A stretch of DNA of 48,841 nt. Source: Octopus bimaculoides (lineage: Eukaryota). Shown here piece by piece: positions 1 to 11,795 of the stretch (positions within the stretch are counted from its first letter, which is position 1; each line of letters opens with the position of its first letter). The position numbers were made by a program, and so were the translations under genes. Location of the stretch: contig NC_068985.1 of NCBI RefSeq assembly GCF_001194135.2, forward strand, positions 114,213,573 through 114,262,413, read 5' to 3'. The notes under the pieces were generated by a model. The model was not told where the DNA came from, searched no databases, and saw only the letters and a program-made list of their open reading frames with translations.

Positions 1-420
1 CCACCACAAAACTGTACTGCCTCACAACACCGCCACAAAACTGTACTGCCTCACAACCACCACAAAACTGTACTGCCTCACAACACCACCACAAAACTGT
101 ACTGCCTCACAACACCACCACAAAACTATACTGCCTCACAACACCACCACAAAACTATACTGCCTCACAACACCACCACAAAACAACTATACTGCCTCAC
201 AACACCACCACAAAACTATACTGTCTCACAACACAATCACAAAACTGTACCGCCTCACAACACCACCACAAAACTATACTGCCTCACAACACCACCACAA
301 AACTGTACTGCCTCACAACACCGCCACAAAACTGTACTGCCTCACAACACCACCACAAAACTATACTGTCTCACAAAGCAACCATAAAACCATACTGCCA
401 CACAACACCACCCACAACAG
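1..420. repeat. 29-bp minisatellite (ccaccacaaaactgtactgcctcacaaca), about 13-14 copies, decaying to ~570
   Basis: The unit is directly visible. The array is truncated by the window start. Confidence 0.95.
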
Positions 421-806
421 TATCAAACACTAACACTCATCCACATAACACTACTGCCACACAACATATCTAACACAACTGTATGTCACATTACCACACA
501 ACAATATGGAACACAGCAACACTTCCACATAACGCTGCTACACAACAACACTGCCGCACAACATGGAACAAATGAATAATGTTGTACTAGAATATGAAGA
601 AAATATGGGAATAGCAGGCAGTGGAGGAAGAAAGTGACAGTTGGAATAATAGAAGAAGGAGTGGGGTGTTGAGGTGAAAAGATGAGTGGAGATATCTACA
701 GGGTGTAAATGGGTGGAGACAGTAATGAGAATTTCCAAAGAATTTTAAAGAATTCAACAGACACCCAGTTGTATGATTACCTTACACCCCGCCACCCACA
801 CACCAC

Positions 807-1074
807 NNNNNNNNNNNNNNNNNNNNNNNNNNNNNNNNNNNNNNNNNNNNNNNNNNNNNNNNNNNNNNNNNNNNNNNNNNNNNNNNNNNNNNNNNNNNNN
901 NNNNNNNNNNNNNNNNNNNNNNNNNNNNNNNNNNNNNNNNNNNNNNNNNNNNNNNNNNNNNNNNNNNNNNNNNNNNNNNNNNNNNNNNNNNNNNNNNNNN
1001 NNNNNNNNNNNNNNNNNNNNNNNNNNNNNNNNNNNNNNNNNNNNNNNNNNNNNNNNNNNNNNNNNNNNNNNNNN
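807..1074. other. Assembly gap (N run), one of ten
   Basis: Other gaps: 1924-2310, 7081-7688, 12783-13430, 14806-14872, 18043-18052, 35158-35167, 41553-41932, 46210-46219, 47849-47858. Confidence 0.99.
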
Positions 1075-1514
1075 TATATATATATATATATTTATATACA
1101 CACACACACAGATATCATCATCATTTAATGTCTGTTTCCCATGTTGGCATGGGTTAGACAGGTTGACTGGAGTCAGTAAGCTGAAGAGCTGCACCAGGCT
1201 CCAGTCGTCTGTTCTGGCTTGGTTTCTAATGCTGGATGCCCTTCCTAACACCAACCCCAAAGTGCACTGGGTGATCTTTACGTCACCAACATGAGTGCCT
1301 CTTTTGTGTCACTGGCGCTGGCCTTGACTATGATTTCACTCAGCCTGATGGGTCTTCTCGAGCACAGCAAATCGTAAGAAGTTTCAGTCGTATATGGCTT
1401 TAGGTTCAACCATACAAATTGACAGCATCTTTGACAAGTGCTTTCTACTATAGCCCCAGGGCAACCAAATCCAAGTGAATAGATTTTGTATAAAGAAACT
1501 GAAAAGAAGTTTCA

Positions 1515-1538
1515 TGTATGTGTGCATGTATATATATC

Positions 1539-1585
<47 letters not shown>

Positions 1586-1865
1586 GTATATATGTATATA
1601 TATGTATATATATATATGTATGTATGTATATATGTATATATGTATGTATATATGTATATATATGTATATATATATAAGTATATATGTATGTATATATATA
1701 TGTATGTGTGTATGCATATATATGTTTGTATGTATATATTTATATATGTATGTATGTATGTATATATATGTGTGTGTATATATATGTACATATGTATGTA
1801 TGTGCGGGTATATGTATGTGCATATGCGTGTGTGTGTGTATGTATGTGTGTGTGTGCGTGTGTGT

Positions 1866-1923
<58 letters not shown>
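1515..1923. repeat. (TG)n/(TA)n/(TATG)n microsatellite block
   Basis: Directly visible. Similar blocks occur at about 9430-9500, 14731-14805, 20580-20645, 22833-22912, 23540-23596, 35690-35775, 36230-36570, 38890-38990, 39515-39705 and 47590-47990. Confidence 0.95.
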
Positions 1924-2576
1924 NNNNNNNNNNNNNNNNNNNNNNNNNNNNNNNNNNNNNNNNNNNNNNNNNNNNNNNNNNNNNNNNNNNNNNNNNNNNN
2001 NNNNNNNNNNNNNNNNNNNNNNNNNNNNNNNNNNNNNNNNNNNNNNNNNNNNNNNNNNNNNNNNNNNNNNNNNNNNNNNNNNNNNNNNNNNNNNNNNNNN
2101 NNNNNNNNNNNNNNNNNNNNNNNNNNNNNNNNNNNNNNNNNNNNNNNNNNNNNNNNNNNNNNNNNNNNNNNNNNNNNNNNNNNNNNNNNNNNNNNNNNNN
2201 NNNNNNNNNNNNNNNNNNNNNNNNNNNNNNNNNNNNNNNNNNNNNNNNNNNNNNNNNNNNNNNNNNNNNNNNNNNNNNNNNNNNNNNNNNNNNNNNNNNN
2301 NNNNNNNNNTATATTGAGAAAAAGTAGGCACTCAGAAATCTGGATAATTCTTTATTAGTGCTTTTGTTCGTTTAACTGAACTCAAGAAAACATTTTTGCC
2401 TTTAAGTCTTTTCTTGAAGAGTTCAGTTAAACAACAAATGAAAGAGCTAATAAAGAATTATCCAAAATTCTAACTGCCTCCTTTTTCTCAATATATATAT
2501 ATATATATTATATTTGGATAAAATATCCCTATAAGAGGTTTGAATATCTTCAATGTGACTACATATATATATATAT

Positions 2577-2577
<1 letters not shown>

Positions 2578-2609
<32 letters not shown>

Positions 2610-2880
2610 GTTTAACGTTCGCTTTCCAAGCTAGCATGGGTTGGATGATTTGACTGAGGACTGGTGAAACCAGATGGCTACACCAGGCTCCAATCTGATT
2701 TGGCAGAGTTTCTACAGCTGGATGCCCTTCCTAACGCCAACCACTCCAAGAGTGTAGTGGGTGTTTTTACGTGTCACCCGCACGAAGGCTAGTCAGGCGG
2801 TACTGGCAACGCCCACGCTCAAAATGCTGTATTTTATGTGCCACCCGCACAAGAGCCAGTCCAGGGGCACTGGCAACGAT
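2578..2880 (-). mobile_element. SINE/LINE-tail family B with (GAT)n tail
   Basis: (cat)n cgtttaacgttcgctttcc..gctagcatgggttgg...ggatgcccttcctaacgccaaccactc, with an internal duplication of gtcacccgcac...ctggcaacg. Confidence 0.8.
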
Positions 2881-2905
2881 CTATGTATATATATAGAACT
2901 TTTGA

Positions 2906-2953
<48 letters not shown>

Positions 2954-4585
2954 ATACATACATACAATGTGTGTATGGATTTGCACCTGCATTTGTTTAT
3001 TCAAAAGTTCTAACATTCAGGTAGTGCTGCTGTTGGCACTTTCACTAATAAATCACTTACACGCTTTGTGCCTTCAAAGCCAAACGAATGAAGGATAGGG
3101 TTAATGTCAGGAAGGGTATCCATCTGTAAAGCAATGCCTGAACATGTACTTCTAACCCATGCTAGCATAAAAAAACAAACAAAATATGTAAATCCAATAG
3201 AACAAACAAACACGCATGCAAGAAGTGAAAAATAAGGAGAGGTGCTAAGAACACTGATTTAATGGCAGCTAATTTACTTGTGTTATTAAATCACAAAGAC
3301 AGTAACATACATAAGACTATAGTGGCAGTGATGGTGTGAAGGGGTAGATGTAGGTAGAAATTACATTGCACAGAATATATGGTGTAGCCATCTGGTTTCA
3401 CCAGTCCTCAGTCAAATCATCCAACCCATGCTAGCATGGAAAGCGGACGTTAAACGATGATGATGATAATGATGATGATCATCATCATCATTGTTTAACG
3501 TCCGCTTTCCATGTATGTATGAAATGTTTTTTTCTTTTTTCCTGGGAACAGAAATAAATTGGATAACTGACTGGGAATGAGCAATATTCCAGCTTATGTT
3601 TGAATTTTCTGATTGTTCTTTTGTTTCTGTTTAAATTTTGGAACTATACACACACACACACACACATATATATACATACCCGTGACCTGTTGGGTTACTG
3701 GTAAACTCTGAGTTTCCCAGTAACTGGGTTTTGTTTCATGTTTTTTGTTCTTTTCCAGGTTATTTTGCATGCATTCAATGTGACATTGAAATCACGCATA
3801 AACAGCTCCTTTCCCAGAAAAGAAATGATTTGGCTGCCATTTCTTGCATGCCCTGCTACCGTGTAGCCATGCCCTGCTACCATGTAGCAGGTATTTCAGG
3901 TCCTCTATTGCAAATAGCTGTTATGTGGTAGCAGGGTGTGCTAGAAATAGCAACCAAATCCTTGGAGTTGAGATACGTTGAATACACTCAAAAATCTAAT
4001 GAGAAAAAATTATTTCACACCGAGGTTATGAACAGGTCTTTTACAAAATACTGTATTTCTAAAGTCAATTTCACTTTAAAATATTTTTTAGATATGCCAA
4101 AAAATTTTTGTAATGGTATTCACTTGAAAATAATTTTGAAATCCATTAAAATATTGTCAGTTTAAAGAAAGCTAAAATATAAATTCTTACTGTACAAACA
4201 GCTTACATTTTTGAAATGACATTCACTTAAAAATATTTGCAAAACATTGTGTTTAACAAAAGTGAAAATAGAAACATTTACTGTAAAAACAACTTGTACT
4301 TTTTGTTGTCAAGTGACTGTGCCAAATCCAAAGGTTAGAGTTTCTTCCCTTTCAGGGTTAAGTGTTGTTTTCGGAATATTTTCCCATTATACACTGTTTT
4401 GGGTATTTATACCCCGAAAACCCCTAATATCTCAACAACCAGTTGTCCGATTTATGCGAAATTCATTTTATTTCGTTCATATTCACATTTCAGGGGAACT
4501 TAATTCATGGTATTTTTCTATTATGCGCCAGTTTGGCTGAGTAACATTGCAAGCAAGCAAGCATGATTCAAGCTCACTTTTAATG

Positions 4586-4627
<42 letters not shown>

Positions 4628-4631
4628 AAAA

Positions 4632-4765
4632 GTAAATGAGTATATGCATATATACGTACAGGTATGTGCATACCGACATCTACCTGTATGTATAGGTGCA
4701 TATCTGGGTACAGGACATTGCAAACAAACGTAGACGAGAACACACGAGCCACATAGAGAACATTT
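4632..4765 (-). mobile_element. Second, 5'-truncated copy of the repeat at 17790-18042
   Basis: The reverse complement atgttctctatgtggctc...cctgtacccagatatg matches 17940-18025. Confidence 0.6.
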
Positions 4766-6253
4766 TATGAGTAGTTCATGTATTTAAAAGAGCCAGCCTT
4801 GTCACACTGTGTCATGTTGAATCTCCCTGAGAACTATGTTAAAGGTAGACGTGTCTGAGGAATGCTCAGCCACTTGCACATTAATTTCACGAGCAAGCTG
4901 TTCCATTGATCTTATCAGCTGGGGCCCTCATCATTGTAACCAATGGAGTACTCCTTTAATAATGTATGTATATATAACTATCTCTCCTCATGCACTGTGC
5001 CTCTCTCTCTCTTTACTCTGCTCTGCTTCTACAGTCTACCCAAACATACCATCTCTATGCTCCTCCTTCTGTGAACAGTATCATCATTACTATCCTGCGG
5101 CAAGCATCCCTCTACCTTCTCCAACCTCTTCAGCACTGGTCATCTCCCAGTCCCCATACACCATACCTATCACTCCCTTCATCCACCCTTCATTCTTTAT
5201 CAATCTCTCCTACCATACATTTTTGCAATCTTCCACCTACGTACACTCCTAGCCTTTCTGACCCCACTGATTACTACCGACTTCTTATCATGAGGTGCCA
5301 CCTGGACACCCCATCACCACTGTCTATCTCTTTGGGGGCACCACCAATTCATTCCCAGTCTCTTCCCTAAATGTTAATAGCCATATAGCCCCCGCATTAT
5401 TCCAGGCTCTTCTCACAGACCCTATTACAAGCGCTTCTCACAGACCCCATTCCAAGCTCTACTCACAGACCTTAACCTCCATCTAGCTGAAAGACACACT
5501 CTCAACCACTCATTTTGAGTGTTGTGAGCAGCATAGCAACCACAATAGCATCAACGGCATGAAAAAAAGCACCCAGTTGATACTGTAAAGAGTTTGGCAT
5601 TAGGAAAAGGCATCCAGCCACAAATATCACGCCAAAAAAGACACTGCAGCACAATGCCGATCTTGGACCTGTTGGATCCAATCTAATCATCCAACCCATG
5701 CCAGCATGGGACTTGGACATTAAATGATAACGATGATGATGATGATTAATGACAACTGTTAGGTTTTTGCTTTCTTTCTCTAAATCAGTAAAATTTGAAT
5801 TCAAGAAATATTTTCCTACCAAGATCATGTGTGTGTGTGTGTGTTTATGTGTGAACAGATATGAGCAAGATAGGTGGTGATCTACTCCATGAAATATGCA
5901 AAACATTTTTAATGAATTGAAATTATATTTAGGTGTATATGCGTGTTGCCCACCTACACACAGCGTACACACACACACAAATAGAAAGGTATGTATATAT
6001 GGAGAAGTGAAAGTGAAACTGGTGACGACGATGATAATGAATATGTAATATATATGTATAGGGTTTCATATACAGAAGCACACAGACAAGCAGACAAAGA
6101 AACACAATAACAACATAGTTGTTAGGATTTGCACTTTGACACCAACTGACTTTGAAAGGAGGAAACTACAGAAAGACTAAAGATCACGAATGAAAGAACT
6201 AAACAGAGAAATCCCACACCTACACAGACATGCACACACACACACACACTCTC

Positions 6254-6440
6254 ATCATCATCATCATCATCATCGTTTAACGTCCGCCTTCCATGCTAGC
6301 ATGGGCTGGACGATTTGACTGAGGACTGCTGAAACCGGATGGCAACACCAGGCTCCAGTCCGATCTGGCAGAGTTTCTACAGCTGGATGCCCTTCCTAAC
6401 GCCAACCACTCAGAGAGTGTAGTGGGTGCTTTTACGTGTC
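6254..6440 (-). mobile_element. Family B element
   Basis: Same body as 2578-2770, with a (cat)n tail. Confidence 0.8.
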
Positions 6441-6444
6441 TGTC

Positions 6445-6481
<37 letters not shown>

Positions 6482-6762
6482 ACACATAAATATACATACA
6501 CACACACATTTTCTTTTTTATCTTTTATTTGTTTCAGTCATTTGACCGCGGCCATGCTGGAGCAACACCCTTTAGTCGAACAAATCGACCCAATGGCTTA
6601 TTTTTTTGGAAGCCTAGTACTTATTTAATCGGTCTCTTTTACCAAACCACTGTTATGGGAACGTAAACACACCAACATCGGTTATCAAGCGTGTGTACAT
6701 ACATATATACATATATATACAGGGTGCGTAAGATATTTGAGGACAGATTTATATTTATAAAA

Positions 6763-6801
<39 letters not shown>

Positions 6802-6818
6802 ACAGATATATATATATA

Positions 6819-8049
6819 CTAGCACCCAAACACACGTATATATATGTATATCAATATAAATATATGAAAGTCAATGAAGTTTCGTAAAAGGTGATCATGT
6901 ACATACTTTCTTGCTGTTGTGATTATAACACCTCATTGAAAACTATGTTCCTTGTTTTCCCTTGTGGAGCATATACAAATAGGTTTTTTTGTTGCTGCCC
7001 ACTCTTGAGCAGCCAACATACAGTTGTCCATGTGAGAAGCAGGGCTCTTCCAAGAGAAGACCAGCTACAGACAATGTTTGNNNNNNNNNNNNNNNNNNNN
7101 NNNNNNNNNNNNNNNNNNNNNNNNNNNNNNNNNNNNNNNNNNNNNNNNNNNNNNNNNNNNNNNNNNNNNNNNNNNNNNNNNNNNNNNNNNNNNNNNNNNN
7201 NNNNNNNNNNNNNNNNNNNNNNNNNNNNNNNNNNNNNNNNNNNNNNNNNNNNNNNNNNNNNNNNNNNNNNNNNNNNNNNNNNNNNNNNNNNNNNNNNNNN
7301 NNNNNNNNNNNNNNNNNNNNNNNNNNNNNNNNNNNNNNNNNNNNNNNNNNNNNNNNNNNNNNNNNNNNNNNNNNNNNNNNNNNNNNNNNNNNNNNNNNNN
7401 NNNNNNNNNNNNNNNNNNNNNNNNNNNNNNNNNNNNNNNNNNNNNNNNNNNNNNNNNNNNNNNNNNNNNNNNNNNNNNNNNNNNNNNNNNNNNNNNNNNN
7501 NNNNNNNNNNNNNNNNNNNNNNNNNNNNNNNNNNNNNNNNNNNNNNNNNNNNNNNNNNNNNNNNNNNNNNNNNNNNNNNNNNNNNNNNNNNNNNNNNNNN
7601 NNNNNNNNNNNNNNNNNNNNNNNNNNNNNNNNNNNNNNNNNNNNNNNNNNNNNNNNNNNNNNNNNNNNNNNNNNNNNNNNNNNNNNNNTATACATATACA
7701 TCTCTCTCTCTCTTTCTCTCTCTGTGAAAGTATCTGTCACTACAGTATCGAAATGTGATTGTTTCAGTTAGTGGAATAGTTTCATTTTTAAAGTGAAACT
7801 ATTTGACATGAGTGTTTTTGTTTCACTTTTGTCACGTAATACTTAAATAGTGGAGGAGATATTATGTTGCCGTGTGCTTGAACTCTGCAAGAAGTTAATA
7901 ATTTTTTTTTACTAAAACACAACTGGAACCCTAAGTAAGGCATGTGTAAAATTTGAATGAAATTGGTTGCGTAGTTCTCGAGTTTTAGGGATTCACACAG
8001 ACAGACAGACAGACAGACATACACACATTCTCATTTTTATATATATAGA
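6819..8049 (-). mobile_element. Non-autonomous Helitron-like element nested in the maT 3' end (contains a 608-N gap)
   Basis: On the minus strand it starts A|TCTATATATATAAAAATGAGAATGTGTG(TCTG)n...AACCAATTTCATTCAAATTTTACAC and ends GGGTGCTAG|T (6822-6819). TC...CTAG inserted between A and T is the Helitron signature. No clear subterminal hairpin is present, and continuity across the gap is unverified. Confidence 0.55.
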
Positions 8050-8120
8050 TATAACAGATATATAATAACTTTATTTATCAAAAAATGCTATGGGGATAAA
8101 AATAAACCTTTTCTATAATG

Positions 8121-9167
8121 TTATTCAATAACGCTACATTCAGCTTCAACAACTGCTTGTATACGAGATCTAAATTATCTATAAGCTCGAATCAAGTGGT
8201 CCTGGTTCATTTTGGACATTACTGTGGACTATGGCAGCTTTCAAAGAATCTTTGGTGTTATGGACATGTTCATTGACCTCTCTCTCAGCAATGCTCCACA
8301 TGTAATAATCCATTGAATTGAGATCTGGGGAATTAGGAAGCCAAATGTTAGGGGTTATGTGATCATGAAAATTCTCAGCTCTCCATTCATGTGTTACTAG
8401 AGCCATGTGTGATAGTGCAGAGACTTACTGAAACAAATATGGCCTTCCATTGCATACACTGTCTATCCACAGCTTATCAATTATTTCCAAAACCTCAATG
8501 TAGGTGACAGAGTTAACTCTAAGGCCTTGTGGAAAGAAGTAAGGAGGCATCACATGTCCTTCGTTGCTGACAACCCCTAAAACCATGACAGTTACAGGAA
8601 ATGTTGTATGCGTAACACTTGGAACTTCAGAAGGGTCTGTACATAACCATCTGTCATTTCTTCTGTTAACTTTTTGATCATGGTCAAAGTTTTTCTTATT
8701 TGAGATAAACCAAATCAGATCGTCTTCTGCTGAATTTTTCAGTTTGTTTAAGAGCCTTTTAGATCTAGTGTAATGATTTTCTTTTGCTTTTTCTGACAAA
8801 CTGACCTTTCCTCATCATATTAGACTCATATCTGATGTCTTCATGGACAACACTTCTGACTATTCCTTTGGACACATGGAAATCTTTTTTTCAATAGACT
8901 TCATTTGAGAGTGTAATCAATGGTCTGTTGAATTTGCTGGATAAATTCAGGTTCTCTGATGATTTCAGAGTGTTTAGAATGCTTTTTATGCTTTGATACT
9001 GGTGATACGTTTCCATCTTCAGTCTCTAGCTCCTTACAAACTTTGTAGACAAAAGATCTGGCAACTTTTAAAAATCGAGATATTTCTAAATCGTTATGCT
9101 CAGCCTTTATAACCACAATAACAGCATGCCTCTTCATATCTTGAGTAAGCTGAGGGTCTGTCATCAT
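8121..9167 (-). pseudogene. maT (DD37D) transposase pseudogene
   Basis: It has an N-terminal HTH-like ORF (9167-8901). The catalytic region reads IWFISNKKNFDHDQKVNRRNDRW...VMVLGVVS...FQ*VSALSH...WLPNSPDLNSMDYYMW...RIQAVVEAE. There are 37 residues between the mutated D2 position (GTC) and D3. Stops and a frameshift are present. Confidence 0.88.
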
Positions 9168-9427
9168 TATTTACTAAACCAAAGATTATGCAGAGTTAGC
9201 AAATAATCCGAAAAAGGTATGCCCTCAAATACCTTACACACCCTGTATATACACATATATAGATATATACATAACATATACATACATCTATATATCATCA
9301 TCATTTAATGTCTGTTGTCCATGCTGGCATGGGTTGGATGGTCTGATCAGGGATGGTAAGCCGAGGGGCTGCACCAGGCTCCAGTTTGATTTGGCATGGT
9401 TTCTATGGCTGGATGCCCTTCCTAACA

Positions 9428-9501
<74 letters not shown>

Positions 9502-9514
9502 TCCATCTATCAAA

Positions 9515-9845
9515 GGTGTGGCTGTGTAGTAAGAAGTTTGCTACCCAACCACCTTATTCTGGGTTCAATGTCACAGTGTACCATCTTGGGCAAGTATTTT
9601 CTACTATAGCCTCAAGCCCACTTAAGCCTTAGGAGGCAATTTGGTAGACAGAATCTAAGCCTATTACTGCTTGATAACCAGTGTTGGTTTGTTTATGTCC
9701 CAGTAGCTTGACAGTTCAGCAAAATAAAAACAAGTGACTAATAGAATAAGTACCAGGCTTGGTGCTGAGTTGTTCAATTAAACCCTTCATGGCAGTGCTC
9801 CAGCATTGCCACAGTCCAAGACATGCAACATGTAAAAACAAAAGA
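9515..9845 (+). mobile_element. SINE family A, diverged
   Basis: gtggctgtgtagtaagaagtttgct...cttgggcaagtattttctactatagcc...agaataagtaccaggctt. Confidence 0.7.
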
Positions 9846-10230
9846 TCCCCTTTTACACATCTATGTATGTATCTATATCTTTATACATATGTACATATAA
9901 ACACACACACACACACACAAGCATACACATATATACATACACACATATATAAAAATCTACAAGTGTGTGTATAAACAATAATTAACATCAAGCAACAAGG
10001 AATGACAAATTAAAAAGGCGAGGAGAGGAATGAAAGGAAGAAAAGAAAATGATGTGGGGGGGGGGTGTTGGTAAGAGAGATGAGGTGACAATAACAGGAG
10101 GGAAAATTTCAATAGCAAACATTAATATTAAAGTAGCTTGTAGCAGAGTTATGAGAAGAAGAAAAGAGAAAGAAGGATGCAACAACATAAGAGCCGTTTT
10201 CTTCAGGTTGGTTAAGGGAAAAGAATAATC

Positions 10231-10276
<46 letters not shown>

Positions 10277-10800
10277 ATATTAGCTCGCTTAAACACACTG
10301 GCACCGACAAACACTGCAACGACTATGTCAACAAAGAGAGAAAAGAAAAAAAAATGACAAAGAAGACCAAGATTATTATGCCTTGAAAGAATTGTAAATT
10401 CAAAACAGTTGCAGTTTGAATACGGTTATTTTTCAAAAGAAGGAACAACAAGGAAAAGACTGGAAGGAGAAGAAAGACAGAGGGGAACAGAAAATGAATG
10501 TGCGCAGAGAATGGTGGATAAATTGGATTGATTGATTGATTGATTGGGTATGAAGGAAGGAGTTTAATGTCAGGGGTACTGATGTGATCTTAGCAGAGTT
10601 AGGGGTTGTGGAGAAGATTGTGGACAATCTAATGAATATCAACCTTTGATTTGGGTTTGTTTTTCGTTTTGCTCTCCCACCACAAAAATGGAAGGTTTTC
10701 TTCCATAGTAATCAGCTAAAATATCTATCAGATTTGCTTGTCTAATTGTATATCCATCTCAAGCATTATCTAAATATATATCTATAAATAACTAACTACA

Positions 10801-10927
10801 TACCTGTCTATACTATCTATATACCTGTCTATACTATCTCTATACCTGTCTATACTATCTATATACCTGTCTATACTATCTATATACTTGTCTATACTAT
10901 CTATATACCTGTCTATACTATCTATAT
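10801..10927. repeat. 21-bp minisatellite (tacctgtctatactatctata) x6
   Basis: Unit starts at 10801, 10822, 10843 and onward. Confidence 0.9.
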
Positions 10928-11618
10928 AAATGTACTGTTTGTACACCTGTATACACTTTTGCTATAAACGTACTGTCTATATACCTGCACTAATTTATAT
11001 GTATATAATAACAATCTCCATCACTATCATTCTATATATGTCCATCTTTTGGACACACACACATGTATATACATGCAACTTTAACAATCTCTCCCTACCT
11101 CCACATATACATACAGGATATATAAATGTACACATATGTAGCAATACACGTATACACACACATAAACATTCATACACATGCATATACACATACATACACC
11201 TATTTCACACCCTTCTATACATATACCTCCCTCTCTCCCCTTCCATATCTATGTAATCTCTCTAACTTACTACATGCATATCTATGTATCTACCCATTCT
11301 CAGTTCTTACATTCTTCCATTCACCTTTATACATCTGTATCTTTTAGTTCATTTACTTAGCAACCCACCATCTTTCAATTTATCAATACAAGCTTCTATC
11401 CACTTGTTCATACATCTATCTATCTCTCATCACTTCATACATTCACAACTCCATCTATGTACATACTTTTCTCTATGCATACATCTGTCTGTCCTCTCTA
11501 TCTCCCACTCCATCTATCTTTTTATGTATCTATCTATCTCCCAGCCTATCTATCCATCCATCCCTCCCAGTCTATCTATCTATCCATCCCCACAGTCTAT
11601 CTATCTATCTATCAATCT

Positions 11619-11795
11619 ATCTATCTCCACTGTCTATCTATCTATCTCCACTGTCTATCTATCTATCTCCACTGTCTATCTATCTATCTCCACTGTCTAT
11701 CTATCTATCTCCACTGTATCTATCCATCTACCTATCTCCACTGTCTATCCATCTACCTATCTCCACTGTCTATCCATCTATCTATCCCCACTGTC
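11619..11795. repeat. 21-bp minisatellite (ccactgtctatctatctatct), about 8 copies
   Basis: Directly visible. Confidence 0.9.

Larger units (their letters stand above)
6720..9245 (-). mobile_element. Decayed Tc1/mariner DNA transposon, DD37D (maT) type, interrupted by an insertion
   Basis: TIRs are TA|CAGGGTGCGTAAGATATTTGAGG (6720-6742) and the reverse complement of 9223-9245, CAGGGTGTGTAAGGTATTTGAGG|TA. They match at 21/23 positions and have TA flanks. A transposase remnant lies inside. Confidence 0.8.

Noticed and set aside
709-2358. Long ORFs in the ORF track spanning N runs (also 6891-7771, 12722-13844, 40905-42212)
   Set aside because: They are artefacts of N gaps and dinucleotide repeats (YIYI, HTHT, CVCV, LSLT).
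4836-5486. Overlapping 63-138 aa ORFs
   Set aside because: They start in a SINE-D tail and continue in pyrimidine-rich low-complexity DNA, with no domain signal.
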